Shown here one piece after another: positions 8,191-17,611 of a stretch of 64,000 bases of DNA. The position numbers were made by a program, and so were the translations under genes. The stretch's first letter is position 1. Every line of letters starts with the position of its first letter. Source of the stretch: Oscillospiraceae bacterium. GTDB taxonomy: Bacteria; Bacillota; Clostridia; Oscillospirales; Ruminococcaceae. The stretch lies in contig CAAGEB010000007.1 of assembly GCA_900768705.1 (NCBI GenBank), forward strand, positions 3,164 to 67,163, in the 5' to 3' direction. The notes below the pieces were generated by a model. It saw only the letters and a list, made by a program, of their open reading frames with translations. It was not told where the DNA came from and did not search any database.

Positions 8191-8982
8191 TCAATACTCC
8201 AGTGCTTCTCCGCCGCCAAGATACAATATTCTGTCACCGAGAGTTTCATCCATAAGATCAAACCCCCTGAACCCCGTACAATGGCAGGCGTAAATTTTCT
8301 CCGCACCCGACAGCTTCAATGCTCTTGCCGATGCCGTAACATATTCCGCCGGACAATTCAGCGTTTTAGGATTGTTTCCCGCAAAATGAAAACCTCCTAT
8401 CACCGCCAGAATTGGAATTCCATGCCAGCGTCGTTCAACAGTTTCAAGCATATTTTCCACTCCGCAGTGAAAACACCCTCCAATCAGTATAAGCCCGTCG
8501 GATTTGCGTTTTTTGGGAAAAATTACTGCAAAGCTTTCATCGGAAAAATCAAAGGAAACGGGTTTTTTATTGTCGTCGGAAATCGTAAAATAGCTTCTGT
8601 CGGGATTTATTGCTTTTTCTTCAAATTTTTCGCAGGAAGCAAGGTAAAACCCTTCGCTAACCTCCGAAAAGCTGTTGAACAATATCATATTATCGGCATA
8701 TTTCTTAAAAAATGATTTTCCCGCACCCACCGGAGCCTTAAAAATTCCGTTCTTTTTGTAAACCTCTTTCTTTGCACCCGCTCTGAGATATATTTCGGCT
8801 TTGGGATTAAGCTTCATAATGCTGTCTATTCCACCGATATGAGCGGAATGATTATGAGTAATAAAAACTGCGCTGATCTCATTTATCGGCAAACGCATAC
8901 GGACAGCGTTGTCAACAGCTTTTCCGGTAAGTCCTGCGTCGATAATATAATTTCTGCCGCCGTATTCCACAAAAAGAGACAT
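8191..8982 (-). CDS. MBL-fold metallo-hydrolase
   Basis: The IIDAGL..FITHNHSAHIGG (HxHxxH-type) motif plus downstream His/Cys ligand positions. Confidence 0.7.
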   Translation of the reverse strand: MSLFVEYGGRNYIIDAGLTGKAVDNAVRMRLPINEISAVFITHNHSAHIGGIDSIMKLNPKAEIYLRAGAKKEVYKKNGIFKAPVGAGKSFFKKYADNMILFNSFSEVSEGFYLASCEKFEEKAINPDRSYFTISDDNKKPVSFDFSDESFAVIFPKKRKSDGLILIGGCFHCGVENMLETVERRWHGIPILAVIGGFHFAGNNPKTLNCPAEYVTASARALKLSGAEKIYACHCTGFRGFDLMDETLGDRILYLGGGEALEY

Positions 8983-9059
8983 ACCATCTTCGCAATACAG
9001 CTTTTCATTTATCGCCGTGTCTTCAATTAAACTGACTATCTTCGTAAAACTCGCCCCTT

Positions 9060-9443
9060 TTACTGCTGTTTGTCCTGACTCTCAATATATTTCTTAATGG
9101 CGGCAAAGCTCTCATTGCTAAGACAGTGTTCTATCTTGCAGGCGTCCTCTGCTGCAATATTTTCGGGAACACCAAGATTGGAAAGCCACTTTGTAAAGAA
9201 TAAATGCCTTTCATAAACCCGTTCGGCAATTTCTCTGCCCTGCTGAGTAAGTGTAATATGTCCTCCGTCCTCAACGGTAATGCAGCCGCTTTCCCGCAGA
9301 TTTTTCATTGCAATGCTGACAGAAGGCTTGGAAAAATCCATTTCTTCGGCAATATCAACCGCTCTGACAAGACCTTTTTTATTGTTAAGTATCAATATCA
9401 TTTCCAGATAATCTTCTTTGGATTCAAAAATTCTGTCCTTCAT
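9060..9443 (-). CDS. DtxR/MntR-family metal-dependent transcriptional repressor (no SH3 domain)
   Basis: EDYLEMILIL.., an HTH segment (VRAVDIAEEMDFSKPSVSIAMKNLRESG), and metal-site residues in ERHLFFTKWL..EDACKIEHCLS. Confidence 0.8.
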   Translation of the reverse strand: MKDRIFESKEDYLEMILILNNKKGLVRAVDIAEEMDFSKPSVSIAMKNLRESGCITVEDGGHITLTQQGREIAERVYERHLFFTKWLSNLGVPENIAAEDACKIEHCLSNESFAAIKKYIESQDKQQ

Positions 9444-9546
9444 AAGCGTATTCCTTTTCGATACAATTCAGATAATGATTTATATACATTGTATCATAGA
9501 AATCAATTCAAGTCAAGAGTAAGTCCAGAGGAAAAATGAAGTTTTT

Positions 9547-9965
9547 CTTTCAACAATCCACAGGGAAAAGTTGAATAAAATTTTTTTAAATGAAAATCAA
9601 CAAGCTTTCAACTATTTTTTATTTTCAGATTAGGAAACTTTTTAACAGGATTTTTGGTAATATAATGGGACATTTTAACATATTCAACAGAGTTTTCAAC
9701 AAAATACAGGGTTTTCCACATTTTCACAGTGGAAAAGATCGGGTAAAAACTGAAAAGTCAAGAAAAAGTGGGATATTTTTCAACTTAGTTTAAAAGTAAA
9801 AATAAAATTATCCGTAAACAAGCCATTGTAAGAAAAATACTAATGGTATATTTTTTGTTAAAAAACAGAAATTTTCCGGTTAAGTCTTTAGGAATGTTGA
9901 ATTATTAAACACAAAAATGGTACTGACAAACACTTTTTCACCTTTTCAACAGGGTTTTCAACAAT
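9547..9965. other. oriC left half: DnaA-box cluster upstream of dnaA
   Basis: TTTTCCACA 9712-9720 with an inverted GTGGAAAA partner. Also CAATCCACA 9554-9562, TTATCCGTA 9808-9816, and repeated TTTTCAACA variants at about 9547, 9674, 9684, 9776, 9943 and 9953. The 850-bp gap is AT-rich and gene-free. Confidence 0.75.
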
Positions 9966-10200
9966 TATAATTTACTTTTCCCGGAGTATATTCACATTTT
10001 TAGTTTTTATATGAATTTTGTTAAAAAATAAGGGAAAAAGTTAATTTTTCATACCGGCGGTGAAATATGATTATGTTAAGAATTAATAATTTTGAAAAAA
10101 TACTCCGAAATTATGGGACACAATCAAAGGTTTTTGTTTTTCTAATATTTTTTTGTTTAATATTAACGAAATATTCGCTATTTTATGTCGTTATTTCTGC

Positions 10201-10229
10201 TTGAAAAAATATGTCTTTTATGATATAAT
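10201..10229 (+). promoter_or_regulatory. dnaA promoter
   Basis: TTGAAA (10201-10206), 17 nt, TATAAT (10224-10229) preceded by an extended -10 TG. Confidence 0.6.
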
Positions 10230-10293
10230 CTTATTAGAAATATTGTTATTACTTTTGGTACATTTCGTTTATTATAAAAGGATAGGAGAAGAT

Positions 10294-11652
10294 ATGGGTT
10301 CGCTTTCCTCACTTTCGGATATTTATAAATGCGTAGTCAACAACTGCGTAAAAGAATACAAGCTTTCGGAAACTGCAAGAGAATTGTGGCTGGATCCGCT
10401 GATTCCCGTCAGAATGGACGGCAATACCTTTGTACTTGCAACAGATCAGGAATTCAAACGGGAGACTCTGATTTCCCTTTATCAGAAAAATATTGAGGAA
10501 CAGCTGAGAAATGTACTCGGCGTTCCCATGAAGGTAGAAATTGTTGTAGATGATAACCTTTCTGTTAAAAAGCCGCCGATTTCCGAAATAATTAACAATG
10601 AAAGCGTTAAGGAAACTGCAGGAGAATTTGACAAGAAAATCACCTATACCTTTGATAACTTTATTGTAGGTCCTTCAAATAATCTTGCCTTTGCGGCAGC
10701 CAAGGCTGTTTCGCAAAAACAGCATGAAAGATATAATCCGCTTTTTATTTACGGAGATTCCGGACTGGGAAAAACACACCTTCTTTCCGCAATTCAGTCG
10801 GAAATGATGAAAAATTATCCGGGAATTAATATTATCTATATTCCTGCGGAAACCTTTACCAATGAATTTCTTCATTCCATTTCTTCAAATACCGTAGAGG
10901 ATTTTGACGAAAAATACAGAAGCGCCGACGCACTGCTTATTGATGATATTCAGTTTATCGCCGGAAAGGATCAGACGGAGGAGAAATTCTTCCATATCTT
11001 CAACGAGCTTTATAATCAGAATAAGGTTATAGTTCTTACATCAGACCGTCCTGCAAAGGAAATCAAGTCTATTTCGGACAGACTGAAAACCCGCTTCAGC
11101 TCAGGACTTATTGCCGATGTAAAGCCGCCTGAATATGAAACTCGTCTTGCAATTATCCAGCGCAAAGCCGAGCTGCTTCACTTCAACATTTCGGAAGATG
11201 TTATAGATTATATTGCCACAAAGCTTAAATCAAATATCCGTCAGATTGAAGGGGTTGTAACTAAGCTTAATGCTCTGTTTGTAGTTTCCCAGATGAAGCC
11301 TACAATAGCTGTGGCTCAAAATGTGATCAAGGATGTTGTTACCGATCATCAGCCTGTTCCCATTACAATTGAAAAGATAATTACGGAAGTGGGAAAGATA
11401 TATAATATTGATCCGGACGAAATGCGTTCTCAGCGCCGCACCGCCAATATTTCTCAGGCAAGAAAGGTTGCAATTTATGTTATTCAGGATGTAACCGGGC
11501 TTCCTTATGAGACTATAGGTCAGGAATTCAACGGAAGAGATCACTCAACGGTTGTTTATGCAATTAAATCCGTTAAAGAGGAAATGGAAAAGGACAGCGG
11601 TTTCCGTTCCATTGTGGAGGATCTTATCAAGAATATAAAGACAAATCAGTAA
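10294..11652 (+). CDS. dnaA: chromosomal replication initiator DnaA
   Basis: Walker A GDSGLGKTHLL, sensor/box VII region, and the C-terminal DnaA-box-binding helix (VAIYVIQDVTGLPYETIGQEFNGRDHSTVVYA). ATG 10294 follows AGGAGA; the ORF-track start at 10153 is an upstream TTG. Confidence 0.97.
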   Translation: MGSLSSLSDIYKCVVNNCVKEYKLSETARELWLDPLIPVRMDGNTFVLATDQEFKRETLISLYQKNIEEQLRNVLGVPMKVEIVVDDNLSVKKPPISEIINNESVKETAGEFDKKITYTFDNFIVGPSNNLAFAAAKAVSQKQHERYNPLFIYGDSGLGKTHLLSAIQSEMMKNYPGINIIYIPAETFTNEFLHSISSNTVEDFDEKYRSADALLIDDIQFIAGKDQTEEKFFHIFNELYNQNKVIVLTSDRPAKEIKSISDRLKTRFSSGLIADVKPPEYETRLAIIQRKAELLHFNISEDVIDYIATKLKSNIRQIEGVVTKLNALFVVSQMKPTIAVAQNVIKDVVTDHQPVPITIEKIITEVGKIYNIDPDEMRSQRRTANISQARKVAIYVIQDVTGLPYETIGQEFNGRDHSTVVYAIKSVKEEMEKDSGFRSIVEDLIKNIKTNQ

Positions 11653-11684
11653 AGCTGTTGCTTTTTATGGTTCTGTCTGTATTT

Positions 11685-11900
11685 TTTCAACCATCTTTTC
11701 AACGGTGATTAACGGCGTGTTGAATGTGCGGAAACTTTTAAACTTTTTCTGTTTTTATCAACATGGCCATGGTTGACAAAAAATGTCTTTAAAATGGCTG
11801 TACAAGCTGTTTTACAGAATATTCCACAGTTTCCACCGACCTTATTATTATGATTAAAATAAATATAATATTATATATTATCATGATATGATGTTATATG
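11685..11900. other. oriC right half: DnaA boxes plus AT-rich unwinding region
   Basis: TTATCAACA 11755-11763. Tandem TATTCCACA 11820-11828 and GTTTCCACC 11829-11837. Then GAC and TTATTATTATGATTAAAATAAATATAATATTATATATTA (11842-11880). Confidence 0.7.
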
Positions 11901-11921
11901 ACTGAAAGGAGAATTTTCGCA

Positions 11922-13022
11922 ATGAAATTCAGCTGCGAAAAAGACAAGCTTTTGGAAGCTATCAATGTCACATCAAAAGCTGCGTCTTCAAAATCCACCA
12001 TAGCTTCGCTTGAAGGCCTGCTTCTGGAGCTTAACAACGATGTGCTTTCCATTACCGGCTACGATCTGGAAATAGGAATTCGCACCGAGTTTCCTATAAT
12101 AGGAGGAGAAAACGGCTCCACTGTAATAAATGCAAAAGTTTTCGGGGATATTATTAGAAAAATGCCGAACGGCGTTATTGAAATTTCTGTGGACGATAAT
12201 AAAATAGCTTCTATTGTAGGCGGTTCCTCCACGCTGTCTATTCCCTGTATGAAAGCGGAGGAATATCCGCCCGTTCCGCAGGTTATTCATAATAAAGGTA
12301 TTACTTTGCCTCAGCCTGTACTTAAAAGTATGATAAATCAGACAAAGTATGCTATTTCCGTTAATGATTCAAAGCCTGCTTTTACCGGCTGTAAATTTGA
12401 AATTATTGACAATGTTCTCAGCATTGTTGCATTTGACGGAGTAAGAATTGCTCTCAGACAGGAACCGGTAACTTCTGATAATATTGATTTTATTGTTCCG
12501 GGAAAAACTCTTGAGGAGCTTACTCATATTCTTTCAGATGATACGGACAGTAGTGTCACAATCAGTATTGAAAATAATCAGATATCCTTTGAGGTTGGCA
12601 GCTATACCATGATTTCCCGTCTGATTAACGGTGATTTCTGGGACTACAGAAAGTATTTCAATGTAGATAGATCGGTCTATGCAGAAATAAAGTGCAGCGA
12701 TATGATCGGAATGCTGGACAGAGCGCTCACCATTATCAATGAGAAGAATAAAATTCCTCTTCGCTGCGAGTTCAACGATGGAACGCTTTCTGTTACCGCC
12801 AATACTACAATGGGTGCAATCAACGATAAAATTAATATTAAATACAGTGGTCCCGGTAAGGTTATCGGATTTAATGCCAGGTTTCTTATGGACGCTTTTA
12901 GAGCGTGCAGCACTGATACTATAAAGCTTTCATTCAGCAATTCGGAAGTTACACCGGTTATCATTTCACCGATTGAGGGCGAGGAATTTATGTTCCTGCT
13001 TGTGCCTATGAGGCTTAGGTAA
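11922..13022 (+). CDS. dnaN: DNA polymerase III beta sliding clamp
   Basis: MKFSCEKDKLLEAINVTSKA start, three-domain length of 366 aa, C-terminal FLLVPMRL. ATG 11922 follows AAAGGAGAA. Confidence 0.95.
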   Translation: MKFSCEKDKLLEAINVTSKAASSKSTIASLEGLLLELNNDVLSITGYDLEIGIRTEFPIIGGENGSTVINAKVFGDIIRKMPNGVIEISVDDNKIASIVGGSSTLSIPCMKAEEYPPVPQVIHNKGITLPQPVLKSMINQTKYAISVNDSKPAFTGCKFEIIDNVLSIVAFDGVRIALRQEPVTSDNIDFIVPGKTLEELTHILSDDTDSSVTISIENNQISFEVGSYTMISRLINGDFWDYRKYFNVDRSVYAEIKCSDMIGMLDRALTIINEKNKIPLRCEFNDGTLSVTANTTMGAINDKINIKYSGPGKVIGFNARFLMDAFRACSTDTIKLSFSNSEVTPVIISPIEGEEFMFLLVPMRLR

Positions 13023-13057
13023 TAAATCATTAATTATTCTTTGAAGGATGGGTAGAT

Positions 13058-13300
13058 ATGGAAGAGATAGTTATTACGACACCTTTTATCAAATTGGATC
13101 AGTTGGTAAAGTTTGCCGGTTTTTCCGAAACAGGAGCTAAGGCAAAAATTATGATTGATCTGGGCGAATTTGATGTAAACGGAGTCTGCTGTACAAAGCG
13201 GGGAAAGAAAATAAAGCCCGGTGATGTTATCGAATACAAAGGCAAAAAATACAAAATTGTTTACGATGAAACCGCCGAGCAGTCTGCTGACGCAGAATAA
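13058..13300 (+). CDS. yaaA: S4-domain RNA-binding protein YaaA
   Basis: 80 aa with IKLDQLVKFAGFSETGAKAK..VNG, in the conserved dnaN-recF position. Confidence 0.85.
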   Translation: MEEIVITTPFIKLDQLVKFAGFSETGAKAKIMIDLGEFDVNGVCCTKRGKKIKPGDVIEYKGKKYKIVYDETAEQSADAE

Positions 13301-13308
13301 GTAACAAA

Positions 13309-14436
13309 ATGTATATTACGCGGATATATCTGCGGAATTTCCGCAATATTACGGAAGCGGAGCTGTGCTTTGATAAAAATCTGAATGTTTTCGTCGGAAA
13401 AAACGCTCAGGGCAAGACCAACCTTTGCGAAGCAATTTCGGTCTGCCTGGGCGGAAGTTTCCGGCGTGTTCGTTTTTCACAGTTTATTCCTGCCGAAAAT
13501 CCAAAATCCGATGTTTGCATTAAGCTTTTCTTCTGCGACGATAATACAGAGCGTGAAAATTGTATTGATTATACAATATGTAAAAATATTGTGGAAATCA
13601 AATACAATGGAATCAAAATGAAAGATGCGACAGAATTATACGGAGTGTTGAAATATGTCGTTTTTATACCGGAACACTTAAATTTAATAAAGGGTACTCC
13701 GGAGCTGCGAAGAAATTATCTCGATGAAGTGGCACTTATGCAGACTAAAACCCACTTGCAGAAGCTTTCCCGTTATAACAAGGCTTTAAAACAGAGAAAT
13801 AATATTCTTGTAAATTTCTCTATGGGATCTGTAGATGAACTCAGGGCTTCTCTTTCTGCCTGGAATGAAATTCTTGCGGCAGAGGGTATAAATGTTACCT
13901 ACGGCAGGCTGAAATATTTCAATTTTCTGAAAAAATGTGCAGGGGATATTTATTCGGAATTGTCGGATAATTCAGAAAAACTGGAAATGGAGTACCAAAG
14001 CTCTGTTTTTAAAACTGATTGTATAGACTTTAATAATAAAGACTATTTGTATAAAAAATATCTGGAAGAACTTGAAAAAAGTCTCCAGTCAGAAATAAAG
14101 CTCCGCCATACATTGGTCGGTATTCACAGGGACGATGTGAATTTTTATATTAACGGAATGTCCGCCCGGGATTTTGCTTCTCAGGGGCAGGTCAGAAGCA
14201 CAGCACTGGCTTTGAAACTATCCGAGGCTGAAATTATACGCCGTAAAAATAAAACCAACCCTGTGATTATTCTGGACGATATTCTGAGCGAGCTGGATTC
14301 GGTTCGTCGGGATTATATTATTCATCATATTGAAAAAAGTCAGGTGTTTATTACTTGCTGTAATTTAGATGATGTTTCAAAGCTTCAGAACGGAAAATCA
14401 TGGCATGTGGAAAATGGAAGATTTTTGAATATTTGA
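13309..14436 (+). CDS. recF: DNA replication/repair protein RecF
   Basis: L.NFRN start, Walker A GKNAQGKTNLCEA, SMC-like signature SQGQVRSTALALKLSE, Walker B VIILDDILSELD. Confidence 0.95.
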   Translation: MYITRIYLRNFRNITEAELCFDKNLNVFVGKNAQGKTNLCEAISVCLGGSFRRVRFSQFIPAENPKSDVCIKLFFCDDNTERENCIDYTICKNIVEIKYNGIKMKDATELYGVLKYVVFIPEHLNLIKGTPELRRNYLDEVALMQTKTHLQKLSRYNKALKQRNNILVNFSMGSVDELRASLSAWNEILAAEGINVTYGRLKYFNFLKKCAGDIYSELSDNSEKLEMEYQSSVFKTDCIDFNNKDYLYKKYLEELEKSLQSEIKLRHTLVGIHRDDVNFYINGMSARDFASQGQVRSTALALKLSEAEIIRRKNKTNPVIILDDILSELDSVRRDYIIHHIEKSQVFITCCNLDDVSKLQNGKSWHVENGRFLNI

Positions 14437-14482
14437 TATACTTTTTGTATTTTTATACAAATTTATTGCGAAAGGAAATATT

Positions 14483-14725
14483 ATGTTTCTTCATCTTGGA
14501 GGCACAGTTACTATCAGAACCAGAGATATAATCGGTATTTTTGATATAGAAAGATGCTCCGTCAGCCGTATGACTGCGGAGTATCTTAATAATTGTCAGA
14601 AAAAGAATATGATTGTTAATGTGTCGGAGGATATGCCGAAAAGCTTTATCTTAACCGACGAAGCAACCTATATTTCAAATGTTTCTAATTCCACTATTTT
14701 TCGAAGAACAAAAAATAGCAAATAA
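14483..14725 (+). CDS. remB: DUF370 / RemB-like protein
   Basis: 80 aa with FLHLGG..IRTRDIIGIFD, in the conserved position between recF and gyrB. Confidence 0.8.
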   Translation: MFLHLGGTVTIRTRDIIGIFDIERCSVSRMTAEYLNNCQKKNMIVNVSEDMPKSFILTDEATYISNVSNSTIFRRTKNSK

Positions 14726-14788
14726 TGCAGAATATTTAATATTATATGCCTGATTTGCAATATTTATATGAAAAAAAATTCTAAATGC

Positions 14789-14817
14789 TTGAAATTTTAC
14801 GCATTTTGTGATATACT
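14789..14817 (+). promoter_or_regulatory. gyrB promoter
   Basis: TTGAAA (14789-14794), 17 nt, TG-n-TATACT (14812-14817). Confidence 0.55.
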
Positions 14818-14854
14818 ATATATAATGTATGGCAAATGAGATTTGGAGGATTAT

Positions 14855-16849
14855 ATGGCTGAAAATCAGACTAATCAAACAAATGAAAATGCAAATTACG
14901 GTGCGGATGATATTCAGGTACTCAAGGGTCTTGATCCTGTCAGAAAGCGTCCCGGAATGTATATCGGTTCAACAGGAGAAGGCGGTTTGCATCACCTCGT
15001 TTACGAGATAGTGGATAATGCTATCGACGAGGCTCTCGCAGGCTACTGCACTGAAATTGATGTTTCCATTCTTCCGGATAATGTTATCAGAGTTATCGAT
15101 AACGGTCGTGGCGTTCCTACCGACATAAATCACTCGGAGGGTATTTCCGCAGCAACACTGGTTTTCACCGTACTCCATGCAGGAGGTAAATTCGGCGGCG
15201 GCGGTTATAAGGTTTCCGGCGGTTTGCACGGAGTTGGTGCGTCTGTTGTTAATGCGCTGTCTGAATGGCTTGAGGTGGAAATTCACGACGGAAAGAATAT
15301 TCATTTCCAGCATTTTGACAGAGGCGTATATACGGAGCCTATAAAGGTTATAGGAACTACGGATCATACCGGAACGCAGGTTACATTCAAGCCCGACGGC
15401 GAGATTTTCCATACCACTGTTTTCAGCTATGAAACTTTGCAGGAGCGTTTGAGAGAGCAGGCTTTCCTTAATGCGGGACTTAAAATCAATCTGCATGATC
15501 TTCGTGATGAAAATAATCCTGTTGATGAAACCATGCAGTATGAGGGCGGTATTTGCTCCTATATTGAGTGGCTGAACAAAAAACGGGGCGCAGAGGTTCT
15601 TCATCCTGATATCATATATATCAGCGGTACTGTTGACAACATTATGGTGGAGGCTGCTTTCCAGTACACCACCGATTTCAACAGTGAGATTTTCCGTTCC
15701 TTTGCAAATAACATTCATACCGGCGAAGGCGGTATGCATGAGCTGGGCTTCAAGCGAGCACTGAATAAGGTTGTTAACGACTATGCAAAGGCATATAAGG
15801 AAAATAACGAAAAGAATAAGGTAAAGAAAAAAACCGCTAAGAAGGGTGAAGAGGACAAGCCCTTCACCGGTTACAGCGGAGAAGCTATCCGTGAAGCAAT
15901 TAATGCGATAATTTCCGTTAAGCTTCCGGAGTGTGAGTTTGAGGGTCAGACAAAGGGAAAGCTGGGTAATCCCGAGGTTCAGCCGGCTGTTTATAAGGTT
16001 GTTTCGGAGCAGCTGACATATTATTTTGAAGAACACCCCGACACTGCCCAGATTATCATGAACAAGGCGCAAAGCTCTCAGGCTGCCCGTGACGCCGCAA
16101 AGAAGGCAATGGAAGCAAAGCGTAAGTCAATTATGGACAGCAACGGTCTTCCCGGAAAGCTTGCGGATTGTTCGGAAAGCGATCCCACTCATACCGAGAT
16201 TTACATTGTCGAGGGAGATTCTGCGGGCGGTTCGGCAAAGGAAGGGAGAGACAGGCGTTTTCAGGCTATTCTTCCTCTCTGGGGTAAAATGCTGAATGTT
16301 GAAAAGGCAAGAGCCGACAAAGTGTATAATAATGATAAATTATTACCTGTTGTAAAGGCACTTGGAACCGGAATTGCAGAGGATTTTGATATTTCAAAGC
16401 TTCGTTACGGAAGAGTTATCGTTATGGCGGATGCCGATGTGGACGGACTTCATATCAGAACGCTTATGCTTACATTCTTTTTCAGATTTATGCGTCCTCT
16501 TCTTGAGCAGGGTCATGTTTATATTGCCCAGCCTCCGCTTTTCAAAGTATCCCGCGGCAAACAGGTAAGATATGCTTTTTCGGACGAGGAGCGGGACGAT
16601 TATATTGCTCAGCTCAGCGCAGACGGCGGAAAGACAGATGTTCAGCGTTATAAAGGTCTTGGTGAGATGGATCCTTCCCAGCTCTGGGAAACCACTATGA
16701 ATCCCGAAACCCGCACAATGCTCCGTGTTTCCGTTGAGGACGCTGCAAAGGCAGACGAAATTATGACAATTCTGATGGGTGACAAGGTTGAACCTCGCCG
16801 TCAGTTTATCGAACAAAATGCAAAGCTTGCTGAAAATCTCGATATATAA
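14855..16849 (+). CDS. gyrB: DNA gyrase subunit B
   Basis: GHKL ATPase motifs (YEIVDNAIDEA, GGLHGVGASVVNALS), Toprim EIYIVEGDSAGGSAK, PLWGKMLNVEKA. ATG 14855 follows GGAGGA. Confidence 0.97.
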   Translation: MAENQTNQTNENANYGADDIQVLKGLDPVRKRPGMYIGSTGEGGLHHLVYEIVDNAIDEALAGYCTEIDVSILPDNVIRVIDNGRGVPTDINHSEGISAATLVFTVLHAGGKFGGGGYKVSGGLHGVGASVVNALSEWLEVEIHDGKNIHFQHFDRGVYTEPIKVIGTTDHTGTQVTFKPDGEIFHTTVFSYETLQERLREQAFLNAGLKINLHDLRDENNPVDETMQYEGGICSYIEWLNKKRGAEVLHPDIIYISGTVDNIMVEAAFQYTTDFNSEIFRSFANNIHTGEGGMHELGFKRALNKVVNDYAKAYKENNEKNKVKKKTAKKGEEDKPFTGYSGEAIREAINAIISVKLPECEFEGQTKGKLGNPEVQPAVYKVVSEQLTYYFEEHPDTAQIIMNKAQSSQAARDAAKKAMEAKRKSIMDSNGLPGKLADCSESDPTHTEIYIVEGDSAGGSAKEGRDRRFQAILPLWGKMLNVEKARADKVYNNDKLLPVVKALGTGIAEDFDISKLRYGRVIVMADADVDGLHIRTLMLTFFFRFMRPLLEQGHVYIAQPPLFKVSRGKQVRYAFSDEERDDYIAQLSADGGKTDVQRYKGLGEMDPSQLWETTMNPETRTMLRVSVEDAAKADEIMTILMGDKVEPRRQFIEQNAKLAENLDI

Positions 16850-16858
16850 CATTCTGAA

Positions 16859-17527
16859 TTGTTTAATGAGGTGATTTCTATTTCAAACGGACTTTTACCG
16901 GATCTTCTGCAGCAGGAAAAGGAAAATCTTGCTAATGAGGATAAGCAAAAAAAGCAGAATAAAGACCTTATTGTAAATTTCAGCTATGATAACACGCTGG
17001 AGGAAACGGATTCCGCTATGCTGACCTTTCAGAAGCGGTTTTCGGGAAAAAGAGGAAAGCTTTCAATTATCGCCTATTCGCTGCTTTCTGCTGCGGTAAT
17101 TGTGGGAATTGTTTTTAATCCCTCTGCTTTTGTATTATATATTGCTCTTGCTTTCTGTGCATTCGGATTATTTTACAGTATTACAGACAGAAAGCGAACC
17201 AGAAAGAAAATTCTGGAAGCACTTGAAGGTATGAATCCCGAAGAATATTCCTGTTCAATCTATCCGGATAAAATTGAGATTGAAACTGTAATTAAGCCAA
17301 AGCCCAATCAGGTTAATCTTGAAAATGACGAGGAGGAAGAGGTTCTGACCCCTTTGAAAACGGTATTTAAATTCGGAGATGATTTGCTTAATTTCTCCGA
17401 AAACGAGGATTCTCTTCTTCTTATCTTCAATAGAAGGCAGATTTATTGCTTTCCGAAACGCTGTCTGACTACGGAACAGGAAAATACAATCCGTGATTTT
17501 CTTACGGAAAAATTGGAATCCGATTGA
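16859..17527 (+). CDS. YcxB-like two-TM membrane protein inserted between gyrB and gyrA
   Basis: A central TM hairpin (IIAYSLLSAAVIVGIVF..VLYIALAFCAFGLFY) and a C-terminal segment ending QIYCFPKRCLTTEQENTIRDFL, like YcxB-family tails. The start codon is uncertain (TTG 16859 or GTG 16871). Confidence 0.5.
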   Translation: MFNEVISISNGLLPDLLQQEKENLANEDKQKKQNKDLIVNFSYDNTLEETDSAMLTFQKRFSGKRGKLSIIAYSLLSAAVIVGIVFNPSAFVLYIALAFCAFGLFYSITDRKRTRKKILEALEGMNPEEYSCSIYPDKIEIETVIKPKPNQVNLENDEEEEVLTPLKTVFKFGDDLLNFSENEDSLLLIFNRRQIYCFPKRCLTTEQENTIRDFLTEKLESD

Positions 17528-17611
17528 TTTTTACGGCATTTGAACATTTTATTCAATTGTCCGGTGCCGGTTTATATTGCTGCTGTGTGATGTAATCGAT
17601 ATGGAGGAATA

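Noticed and set aside
9590-9793. A 67-aa ORF inside the region upstream of dnaA.
   Set aside because: It lies in the AT-rich DnaA-box cluster, has no RBS, and its composition is driven by A/T runs.
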